From: a virus | Lineage: Duplodnaviria; Heunggongvirae; Uroviricota; Caudoviricetes | Virus record (IMG/VR): IMGVR_UViG_3300035042_000139 | Length of the DNA: 64,000 nt | Direction: 5' to 3' (one strand) | Shown: positions 35,425 through 44,900 of the stretch, piece after piece | Numbering within the stretch: the first letter of the stretch is position 1 | Layout: each line of letters opens with the position of its first letter | The notes under the pieces: generated by a model | Databases searched by the model: none | Seen by the model: the letters and a program-made list of their open reading frames with translations, nothing else | Told to the model about the DNA's origin: nothing | Program-made: the position numbers and the translations under genes

Positions 35425-36092
35425 GTTGACTTATTTTCCCACTTCCATTTAGCAAATTCATAATCCTCTTTGGTGTCTATATCTATTACTTCTTTGTTTG
35501 GTACTTCTATTAAAGAATGGTTGTCTTTTAGCATCTGCCCGTCTTTGAAAAAATTATCTTTATTAAAAATATGAAAGCAGTGAGCAGCTTCGTAATAATC
35601 AGGTATTTCTTTTGTTGTCAGCCTCTCATAATTTATATCTGTTAAGCATTGATTTTGATTATTAAATAACCAGTTTTTATAAACTTTTACGCTTGTTGCA
35701 TAATTGCCCTCACAGTAATCTTCATCTAAACTATCGAATGTCTCTAATGACTTTAAGATTGTTTCTTTTTTTAAAAAAGCAAGGCACGGATTTAAAAACA
35801 TTAAATGTGTATCTTCTACTTCTTTTAAGTCTTTAAATATATACTCAAGCGGGCCATCAACTAAAGCCGTAATTTTATCTCTTAAAATAACTGTTAGATT
35901 ATCATATTTTTGAGCAATCTCTACAAGCTCTTTGTCGTAGCATAGTGCATATTTATTATACTTATCTGGCAGACTGTTTAGCTTTTTACAGGCTATATCC
36001 CAAAGGTTTGTATCTCCTAAAGGAAGTACTAATTTGTTTGGAAGCCTTTCGCTTTGTAATCTACCAGGAATAAAAACTCCGATTTTTTTCAT
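35412..36092 (-). CDS. Acylneuraminate/3-deoxy-manno-octulosonate cytidylyltransferase family (NeuA/KdsB-like, CTP_transf_3).
   Basis: 'KIGVFIPGRLQSERLPNKLVLPLGD' matches 'IIPAR.GS.R.P.K.L..' N-terminal motif of CMP-ulosonic acid synthetases. 226 aa. Its stop codon lies inside the IS right-end hairpin. Confidence 0.55.
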   Translation of the reverse strand: MKKIGVFIPGRLQSERLPNKLVLPLGDTNLWDIACKKLNSLPDKYNKYALCYDKELVEIAQKYDNLTVILRDKITALVDGPLEYIFKDLKEVEDTHLMFLNPCLAFLKKETILKSLETFDSLDEDYCEGNYATSVKVYKNWLFNNQNQCLTDINYERLTTKEIPDYYEAAHCFHIFNKDNFFKDGQMLKDNHSLIEVPNKEVIDIDTKEDYEFAKWKWENKSTSPT

Positions 36093-36111
36093 TTATTAAC
36101 TCCTTTTAATC

Positions 36112-36915
36112 TCAATATTTTATACCGGGATTCTCCCTGGTATACCTTCCCTCTTCTTTGATGCAGTATTTACACTGCTCGGGAAAGTCTAAGTTTTGAA
36201 GTCTTAACTGCAGGTCTTTTAGCTTTTTAGAATCCAGTATTGACCTGATACTTTCGTTTTTTATGTTACCAAGTACAAATTCCTGGTGGATATTATTATC
36301 GCTTCTGAAGTTGCAGCAGGGCATCACATTGCAGTTGTAGTCTATCCCAAGAAAATGAAAAGGCTCATAACATTTCTTTTTTCTTATTTTTTTATCTGCT
36401 TTTTCTAAAGAGCCCGCCCTGTCTCCAAAGCTTTCCAGTCTGGCCCAGTCGCTAACATACACTACTTCCATGTCGTGACCAAAACCGTATATCTTATTAT
36501 CTATTATTTCTGTTATCTCAAAATTTAAATCTTCCATTCTTTGAATACAGTAGCCTAAACCTTTGTTGTCGTAATCCATTATTGAAAGCTCATCTATCTC
36601 AACTCTATCTAAAATTGAGTTTGTAAGATAATCTCCATTGGTGTTTGTTACAAGTCTTGCTTCAGGTAATAACAACCTTGCTTTTTTAGTATACTGAGCA
36701 AAAATTTCTTTCAAAGCAAAAGGTTCATTATACCTTGAGTAACTTATTGTTCCTTTATAATCGATGGACTTGAGTTCGTTTAAAATATTTGTATAATTAG
36801 TCTTAGGCAGTATCTTTTTTATCTTTCGATTTATATATTTATTAGGACACCAACTGCATGTTCTGTTGCAATAGCTGTGTATTTCTATTTCTACCATTCT
36901 TAGATTAGTGTACAT
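36112..36915 (-). CDS. Radical SAM / SPASM-like domain protein (paralog 3).
   Basis: 'VEIEIHSYCNRTCSWCPN', 'TNTNGDY', 'LSIMDYDNKG', C-terminal 'CYEP...MPCCNFR...LGNI...C.YC'. Confidence 0.65.
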   Translation of the reverse strand: MYTNLRMVEIEIHSYCNRTCSWCPNKYINRKIKKILPKTNYTNILNELKSIDYKGTISYSRYNEPFALKEIFAQYTKKARLLLPEARLVTNTNGDYLTNSILDRVEIDELSIMDYDNKGLGYCIQRMEDLNFEITEIIDNKIYGFGHDMEVVYVSDWARLESFGDRAGSLEKADKKIRKKKCYEPFHFLGIDYNCNVMPCCNFRSDNNIHQEFVLGNIKNESIRSILDSKKLKDLQLRLQNLDFPEQCKYCIKEEGRYTRENPGIKY

Positions 36916-36950
36916 TTTGGCCCCCTTTTTATTCTTTCCTTCTATATATA

Positions 36951-36979
36951 ATTATACCATATTCTGGACCATTTTTCAA
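36951..36979 (-). promoter_or_regulatory. Sigma70-type promoter on the - strand (TTGAAA-17-TATAAT, extended -10).
   Basis: Reverse complement of 36951-36979 is TTGAAAAATGGTCCAGAATATGGTATAAT. Lies between the fiber gene 36998.. and radical-SAM paralog 3. Confidence 0.5.
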
Positions 36980-36997
36980 GTTGTTTATTAAACTAAA

Positions 36998-39634
36998 CTA
37001 AACCTCTGTTAATACTACATTTGTGGGTGTATTTGTGTTTGTTTTAGGGTGCAAATCAACGAATGGTGTTCCGAGTTCATACCAGTTATTGATTTCTTCT
37101 TCTGTTACGTCTCCATCTTTTATTAGTACTTCGTCATAGATGTTGTTTGGTTTAAACTGTAACTTGCCGGGTTCGGTTATATCTATCACGGCATTCGGTA
37201 CTGCATTTATTTGATTACCGTTTAGATAAGCTGTGCCGTCAGGCTTGATGGTGTACATTTTGTACTCATCATCACTATCAGTAAAGATATATGCCTTAAC
37301 TTCTGATAGAGTAGGGGTTATGGTTGTTGCACCAGTGCTGAGTTTGAGCCTTACATCAAGTGTCGTTGGACTTGTTGGCAGGTTAGGAACTGAGCCCCCA
37401 TTTTCACACAATTGCCATGAAGAACCATTATCTACGCTTGTTTCTACTTTTAATGAGCTTAAGTCAGTTATGTGCCAGTCAAAAAAATAATAATAATAAT
37501 CAGCAGCATTTGTTCCAGTCATTGTTGCTATATTATATTTACTTTCATATGGAAATGTTGCTGCACCCGGAATCCTTCTTAATGGCGTGGCGCTGGTATT
37601 TGTTACCCTTCCTATTCTGTAGCTTCCAGGTTCTAACACCCAGCCTATATCTATCCTCTGCTCTCCTGAAGTTGATATATTGATAGTTTTGTCTTTTATA
37701 TAGCCTCCGCTACCATCCTGTAATGTTATAACAACATCACCTGTAAAATTAGCATCAATAAGCACACTATCAAGTCTCATTCTTCTATGAACATCAAAAT
37801 AGATTAATCCATTATTACCGTGATAACTTCCCCCCATGCTATCTCCGAAGTTCTCTTCTTCGATGTAATTTCCTTCCCACTCTATTAAACTATCAGTAAC
37901 ATTATTAATATCAGATAGATTTAGTTGAGGTGATTGTCGGGTGCCAGATTTTTTGTATTGTTCTATATAGATATTATCCAACCCAGTTCCATTAACATCA
38001 GTATATCTTGCAAAAGAATGAAACTTGCCTTCATCAACTACTCCTTCTGGGGCTGAAACTTCCCAATCCCAATTCTCAGGCTCAGAGTCTCCTTCAATCC
38101 ATATTTTAACTTTAATATCAGAACTATCTTTAAACATTTTTATATTAAACCATTGACCAGCCATATTATAATAGTTGTATTTTGTGTCAGAAAATAAAGA
38201 AGTGCTTGCCCCACCTATTAAAGATAGTAGTTCTATTTCATAATCTCCGCTTTTGTAAGTCCTCATGTAAAAGGTTAATCTATCATCATCACTATTCCAT
38301 ATAGGAGATACATAGTATTGGTCCTGTGATGAACCATGACCATTGTTCATAAATTTAAAATTTATAGTTTTTTTACCAGACTCAATAACGTTGTTAATAG
38401 TATATGCAGAAATATTGTCTGCTGTATGTCTTAAATATCCATTGTCAATATCAAAATTGCCTGTCCAATTATTTGAGTTTAAAAAATCATCTTCAAAAGT
38501 AGGTTTTAATAACTCAACCCCATCACCAACAACTTCTACATCAGTTAATATTCCTTTACTAAAATCCTCGTTTGTATTCTCTACTAAACTCGTAACACCT
38601 TTTCTGTAGAAATTAATTGTTTTATTATCAGTATTGATAGGATAGTTAAGCTTACCTTTGTCTCTGGTTGATTCTGTGAATGAGGTTGAGAATATACTTT
38701 TTTCTACTTGAACTTTTTTAAAGTATACAAAATCAGTATTAGGATTAAATGTAGTTCCATTTTCTTTTGGTCTTATAGACAAATATCCTGATTGGGTTGT
38801 ATCTTTAGGGTAAATAAACCCCTCTCTTTTAACAAAAAAGATATCATTATGTAGCTTCTCAACTGAAAAATTTCCGGTTGTAACCAAAGACATGTTCACA
38901 TAATTAACAGACCTTATTTCTGAGTGAAATTTGTGCTGTGCATTAGTTTTAAAATAAAACGAAGTAGAATAAGCAGTATTAGCTTTTAAACTAACACCTT
39001 TAAGGCGCATGCAGTATGGATATGTTCCACTGTTCCAGGTGCCACTTAAACTATACTTTTTCCAACCATTTTCATCACTAATATAAGTTAAAGAAATTCC
39101 ACTCGTTCCTGATATTCCATTTGATAAATTCTCAGTGCTTTCCTCTATGGCCACAGCTCCATCATGTTTTCCATCTTCTCTTATAGTTACTTCATAGCCA
39201 GCTTCCGGCTCCAACCCCTTAGTAGAAGTTAAATGCTTATCAAAATGAATCAGCTCGTCATTGTCTTTTATGTAGCGTGAATCGAAATATTCTTTTGCAT
39301 TCTGTTCTGTTTCATCTGCTATTGTGTCTACATCAGTAGAAGATACTATGGTTGGTGTTCCGTCATCAGGTACTGTTATCTTACCCGTAGTCTGCCAGGC
39401 ACTATCTCCACCTTCATAAATAGCCTGCACCCAGCCCTGATATTCTCCATCAGCATTAATAGTTATATTTTCAAAAGTATAAGACCTTGATGAGGCTTCA
39501 ACTCTTGCCTTTGCAATTGACTCACTGTTTGGGTTGCCACCATAGGGGGTTATGGCAACATTAAACCCCCTTAAGGCAAAGGTATCTCCCTCCCAGCTCC
39601 ATGTTATATTTCCGTCTCTGTTTTGTTTGTTCAA
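36998..39634 (-). CDS. Tail fiber / receptor-binding protein paralog with LamG-like domains.
   Basis: N-terminal anchor 'NITWSWEGDTFALRGFNVAITPYG...YQGWVQAIYEGGDSAW', 'HFDKHLTSTKG' module, segments shared with 27388..31203, and the family C-terminal motif 'YDEVLIKDGDVTEEEINNWYELGTPFVDL'. Confidence 0.6.
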   Translation of the reverse strand: MNKQNRDGNITWSWEGDTFALRGFNVAITPYGGNPNSESIAKARVEASSRSYTFENITINADGEYQGWVQAIYEGGDSAWQTTGKITVPDDGTPTIVSSTDVDTIADETEQNAKEYFDSRYIKDNDELIHFDKHLTSTKGLEPEAGYEVTIREDGKHDGAVAIEESTENLSNGISGTSGISLTYISDENGWKKYSLSGTWNSGTYPYCMRLKGVSLKANTAYSTSFYFKTNAQHKFHSEIRSVNYVNMSLVTTGNFSVEKLHNDIFFVKREGFIYPKDTTQSGYLSIRPKENGTTFNPNTDFVYFKKVQVEKSIFSTSFTESTRDKGKLNYPINTDNKTINFYRKGVTSLVENTNEDFSKGILTDVEVVGDGVELLKPTFEDDFLNSNNWTGNFDIDNGYLRHTADNISAYTINNVIESGKKTINFKFMNNGHGSSQDQYYVSPIWNSDDDRLTFYMRTYKSGDYEIELLSLIGGASTSLFSDTKYNYYNMAGQWFNIKMFKDSSDIKVKIWIEGDSEPENWDWEVSAPEGVVDEGKFHSFARYTDVNGTGLDNIYIEQYKKSGTRQSPQLNLSDINNVTDSLIEWEGNYIEEENFGDSMGGSYHGNNGLIYFDVHRRMRLDSVLIDANFTGDVVITLQDGSGGYIKDKTINISTSGEQRIDIGWVLEPGSYRIGRVTNTSATPLRRIPGAATFPYESKYNIATMTGTNAADYYYYFFDWHITDLSSLKVETSVDNGSSWQLCENGGSVPNLPTSPTTLDVRLKLSTGATTITPTLSEVKAYIFTDSDDEYKMYTIKPDGTAYLNGNQINAVPNAVIDITEPGKLQFKPNNIYDEVLIKDGDVTEEEINNWYELGTPFVDLHPKTNTNTPTNVVLTEV

Positions 39635-39650
39635 AGTCTACACCTCTCTT

Positions 39651-41882
39651 TTAATTCCAACTCATTGTAATTGAGGTTGGCTCCGGAACATCTATTGTAA
39701 GTTCAGGGTCAAAAAATGGTTTCTGCATATCATACCAGTTTTTTATCTCTGCTGCTGAATTTAATTCTGTTGAGACCATCAGTTCATCATATACTCCTGT
39801 GTTTAATGTTATATTTGGTGCACTAACTGTCATGAAGCTTGTGGTAGCTCCGTCATTTCTCTCTCCATTCACATACTTCTCTCCGTTAGACTTTATTACA
39901 TAATGGTCAAAAGAACCGCCTAATGTGCTTGTATAGTAGACTGATATAGTATAATCTGTTAAACTGCCGAAGTTATACGACAGGCTACTGACTACTTCTG
40001 CTGCTCCACCGAATTTGCCTCCATCTTTGTGCAAATTAACATCATAACCTGAGTTAGGACCTACTCCATCAGTAGATGTTATATTTTTATTAAAGTGGAA
40101 TAAATAGGTTGTGTTTGGATTAACTATATGAGCGTGTGTTAAATCTTTTGTATACTGTTCTGCATTAGTAGCAAGTTCCCAATGAGAAGCTGTGAAGTTT
40201 CCTGTTGAACCATCAGCTGTTGTACAGATTTTCATATCAACATTATCCGGGCCAAGCCACCACATATCACCTACATCATAAGGAGAAACTGGCTCATTTG
40301 TGAATATTGTCTTCTTTTTATCAGCGGTCCCTTGAGCTTCTCCTGCAGCTTCCATAGCGTCTATTGCTTTCTGGTCTGTTATCTCATTCCAGCCTGCCCC
40401 ATCCCATCTTTTAAGCTTCTGAGAACCTGATGTATTGTCATACCAGAGGTCTCCTTCGTGAGAGGCATCAGTGCCAGCCCAGCTTGTAGAAGGGTCTGTT
40501 GAGCCAAACCAGGTATCTATCTTACCGTCAATCTGGCCTGTTAAATCGTCAACTGTATCTGCAAATGTCCCGTCTATGAAAGTATTTACTGTTGTGTCAT
40601 CTGTATATTTTACTGCCTTTTCCCAGTCGTTTGAGCTGTAAGAACCTGTGTCTGATTTAGGAGTAATACAGCGGTATAAATCTCCGCTTTCTCCTTCTGT
40701 CCATAAATCTCCGACATCATAAGGTGTCGTTGGAGTTGTGACAAAAACTCTTCTTTTCTGGTCAGCTAAATCTTCAGCACCTCTTGCTGTTGTCAAAGCT
40801 TCAGTCAAGGCGTTATCTGTTATTTCTGTCCAGGAATATGAGCCTGTTGAGCCTGTAAAACGGTAGGCTGTACCTGTTACATTATCATAGTAGATATCTC
40901 CCAGGTGAGAATTTCTGATATAGTAATCTGTATCATCAGTTGATGCATTATCTTCTGTTTCCCAGTCTGTATATGGCTGGCTTGTTAAGCTAGGTACCCC
41001 ATCCATAAACCAGGTTGTTATATTGCCATCTAGCTGGTTTTGGAGTTCTGTCATATTTTGAGTCATGCTGTCTACAAAATTCTGGTATTCTGTTCCTGTT
41101 GCATAGTCAGCAGCTTTCTGCCAGTCATTTACTGAATAACTTTCGCCTTCAAGCTTTGCAGTTTTACAGACATACATGTCTCCTGCTTCACCCTGTGCCC
41201 ACATATCACCTACATCATAGGGGGTTGTAGGAGTTGAGGTAAAGATTCTTCTCTTTTCGTCTGCTGTATCCTGAGCCTTAGAAGCGTTATCGTAAGCGTC
41301 AATTGCTTTCTGGTCCTGTATTAAAATCCAGCTTCCTGCAGAACCGTCCCAGTTATATCTTTTAAGCTGGTTTGAGGTTCCGTTGTACCACATATCTCCG
41401 TGGTGTTTTTCCTTTTCAGAAGCTGTTGTCCAGTTTGTCTCAGGGTCAGTTGAGGTAAACCATGTTTCTATCTTGCCGTCAATTTGTGTCTGCAGTGCTT
41501 CTTTATCTGTTGTGTACTGGCCGTCAATAAAGGTCTGAACTTTATCTGCGGCTACAGTGTCAACTTCATCAAGTGAAGCTATTGACGGTGTTCCATCATC
41601 TTCTATAACCAGAGTACTTGTAGAAAGCCAATCACTATCCTCGTTTTCATAAACTGCCTGAACCCATGCTACATATGTATTGGCTGTATCTACTGTTATA
41701 TCTCTAAATATATATTCATAAAGTCCGTTTTTGTTTTTTGTGGTTCCTGCAGATGCATAAACTGTTGCATCCTGTCTTGGGTCTCCCCCTGAAGGGGTTA
41801 AAACTACATTAAATCTTTCTAATGCAAACTCATCACCAGACCAGTCCCATGTTATCTTTGCGTTTCTTATTTGTTTATTCAT
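39651..41882 (-). CDS. Tail fiber / receptor-binding protein paralog with internally repeated modules.
   Basis: N-terminal anchor 'AKITWDWSGDEFALERFNVVLTPSG...YVAWVQAVYENEDSDW'. Three internal repeats of a 'TPYDVGDMW..GE.GD.Y.C' module. C-terminal LamG-like 'FHFNKNITSTDG...YDELMVSTELNSAAEIKNWYDMQKPFFD'. Confidence 0.6.
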   Translation of the reverse strand: MNKQIRNAKITWDWSGDEFALERFNVVLTPSGGDPRQDATVYASAGTTKNKNGLYEYIFRDITVDTANTYVAWVQAVYENEDSDWLSTSTLVIEDDGTPSIASLDEVDTVAADKVQTFIDGQYTTDKEALQTQIDGKIETWFTSTDPETNWTTASEKEKHHGDMWYNGTSNQLKRYNWDGSAGSWILIQDQKAIDAYDNASKAQDTADEKRRIFTSTPTTPYDVGDMWAQGEAGDMYVCKTAKLEGESYSVNDWQKAADYATGTEYQNFVDSMTQNMTELQNQLDGNITTWFMDGVPSLTSQPYTDWETEDNASTDDTDYYIRNSHLGDIYYDNVTGTAYRFTGSTGSYSWTEITDNALTEALTTARGAEDLADQKRRVFVTTPTTPYDVGDLWTEGESGDLYRCITPKSDTGSYSSNDWEKAVKYTDDTTVNTFIDGTFADTVDDLTGQIDGKIDTWFGSTDPSTSWAGTDASHEGDLWYDNTSGSQKLKRWDGAGWNEITDQKAIDAMEAAGEAQGTADKKKTIFTNEPVSPYDVGDMWWLGPDNVDMKICTTADGSTGNFTASHWELATNAEQYTKDLTHAHIVNPNTTYLFHFNKNITSTDGVGPNSGYDVNLHKDGGKFGGAAEVVSSLSYNFGSLTDYTISVYYTSTLGGSFDHYVIKSNGEKYVNGERNDGATTSFMTVSAPNITLNTGVYDELMVSTELNSAAEIKNWYDMQKPFFDPELTIDVPEPTSITMSWN

Positions 41883-41903
41883 TTTTATACCACCTCTTAA
41901 TTT

Positions 41904-44900
41904 TTATAACCAATTAATATTTACAACATCAGCAATTGGTACAGATATATAATCTTCGGTATCATTAAACGGCCTATTCATTTTGGCCCATCTTTTTATC
42001 TTCATATCGTCTTCAGCTTTGTTAGAAATTAAAACCTCATCTATCACGGAATTAATGTGCTCCTCGTTTTTGTTTTTGGAACCGAAGTATATTATATCTG
42101 AGGCAAAAAATTCCGGCAGATTAAAACTATTTTTGATAAATTTTTCGCTACCTATAAAAATAGCCATCTCATCAGGGCTCCACTTAAAAGTAAAGCGTTT
42201 AAATCCTGGCTGATAAACATGATTTGCGGTAACTTCCTGTGCTGTTGTTCCGTCATGGATTCTAAATCTGAAGGTGTTGTCGCTTAAGTTATAGTAAGCT
42301 ATAAACTGGCCCTCTGTAGCAAACTCTCCTATGCTAAATAATCTCTTGTAACCTGAACTTCCTTTAAAATCTACATCACTTGGTATCTTAAAAGCCATCG
42401 ATATTGTTCCTGAATTTGTATTTAAATTAAGGTCTGCTGTATTATAGAACAAAACTCCCTCATCTACGCTGTGGATTCCAGCACCGTTTTTAAATAATCC
42501 AGTTTCTATTGAAACTGTAAAATCTCCTGCTGGATGAACACCTTTTGTTGATGTAAGATGCTTATCGAAATGGAATATATTTATCTCAGGGTCACTTACT
42601 ATATCAGCTTCAGAGTAAAGAATAGCCTCTTCCTGCTTGGCATCTGTAATTGAGTTATATAAAATAACTCTTTTAGATTCCAAATCATCAAATAGTGCTC
42701 TTACTTCAGTTCTTGTTGCATTTGTTGTCGTAATATCTAAAGGGTAAAGGTCAGAATCAAGACCTATCCACTCTGAAAGTTTAACCTCTAAATCTATTAA
42801 AGCCTGTTCGTAAGACTCTTTGATAGTGACTATATTCTTTTCTTCAGCTATCTGAACCAAGTCAACACTCTCTGTCTTTAAGCTTTCCAATGTTGTCTGA
42901 AGAGTGTTGGCTTCTGCTTTTGTGATAACAGAGTCCATTGAAAATCTATCAATCTGGTTTTGTATCTCAGTCTCTAATGAGTTTATCTCAGCCTGTGACC
43001 ATGCTATAGCAGCATCCTGTCTGAACTTTGTTATCTCATTTAAAAGCTCTGCTTTGGTGCTCATTACATTGTCGAATTTTATTTCAATATTATCTTTATC
43101 GCTAACAGTTATATCAACAGGGTAAGAGTCTAAGCCTATCCATGAGTTTAGTTCAAGCTCTAATTCATTTATAGCATTTTCTGCTGCAAGCCTTTTATCA
43201 GCAAGTGATGTGATATTGTATGTTGATGTGGAAATAATAGAACTTGCTACTGTATTTAAGGAAGACCACTCTGATTTAACTCTTTCTTTTGAACCCCTTA
43301 AAGTTTCGGCCTCTATTCTTGTAAGTTTTAAGTCATCTACAAATTGACTCAGCTGGTTTCCCAAAGAGGAAAAGCTTTTGTTTAAATCATTCATATCATC
43401 TGTTAACTTATCGTTTATTATTTTAGGGTTATACCCCTCTTCGTACTGAGTATCTGTTCCTATAACTATGTGGTCTGCACTTAATCTACCCCTAACATCA
43501 AGTTTCTCTATATCAAGATAATCAATATGGGCTGTGTTAATCATTGCTTCTTCTATCTGAGCTGCGCTTGTTATAATCGAAGCTGCAGCTAGCTTATCAC
43601 CAGTAACAGAACCGTTAGCAATTAAATTAGCCTCTATATAAATATTTCCAGTAGTTGAGTCAACAGCAAAGATTGGTCTTCCAACCTCAGCTCCGTCTTC
43701 TGTATCTCCAAAAACAAAGAACCTGTCGGCCATGACTGAGAATTCAGATTCTCCATCTTCACTAGCTAGTCCAAAGCCTGATATTACTTCTTTGCCGTTT
43801 GCATGCTCTCTTACCTTAACTGTAAACTCGTTGCTTAACTGCCTTACCTGACTTGTGGTGGACTCTATTCCGTACCATTCACATTTTTTGATAATCCCGT
43901 TTTGAACTTCTTTGATGTCGTTTACTATTAAGCCCGAGCCTTCATCTATCTTATATCCGCTTAAAAGGCCGACTTCATTCCCTTCAATATCATCCATCAA
44001 GCCTGTTGTCTGGTAGCTGTTCCAGAGCTGAATCTCATCAAGGTAGCCGTTAAAAAAGTTGGAATACTCTGCTGAGATAATACCTGAAGCTGGTGATTTT
44101 AGCTTTGTAGTACCAAAAGCAAATCCATCTGATAAGTAAGATAAATTAAAGCTATCTGTTATTTTGCTTTTAACCACTTCTCCATCAATTTTAAGGAAAA
44201 GCTTGCCTGCTGGTCCATCAGCTATAGCCTCTATCTCATACCATCTATCTTTGCTTAAGTTTTCCAGTCCATAATCTGTACTCTTTTTAACTTCATTTTC
44301 TACAACCGTGAAGTCAAGATTGTTATTATAAAGTGATACCTCAAGACCGCTGACATTATCTCCACCTACAAAAAGAGCCTGATGTCCCTCAAAGTCTGTA
44401 AAGTTAACCCTTAATTTTATCGAAAGAACATTGTTGCCATGTACCGAGGCTAAAGTGTTAAAGTCAATCCAGCTTTCAACACCTCTAAATCTAAGATAAC
44501 TACCTTCATCTATGTTAATGTGTCTTACTGTTGATTTAATAGAGTCAGCATTCTGGCTGATTTCTGTCTGGTTTAATTCTATGTTGCCTTCGTTTGTGTC
44601 AAGTCTATTTACTGCCGACGTAATGTTTTCAGCGTTGACTGTTATTGCGGCTTCATTAGCTGAGATATTACCCTCGTTTGTAGTAAGTCTTTCAGCATGG
44701 AGGCCGATATCAGTCTCGTTTTGAGAAATAGAAGTCTGGTTGGTTGAAATGGACCCCTCGTTGCCGCTAACCCTTGTTTCAAGACCTAGAATTGTAGAAT
44801 CTTCAGGTATAGGCTCGTTCCATTTAAAGCCTTCTCCTTTAAGTTGGCTTATGGTATCAACTACGCTTACATCAACTTCCTTGGCTGTTACACCTCTTTT

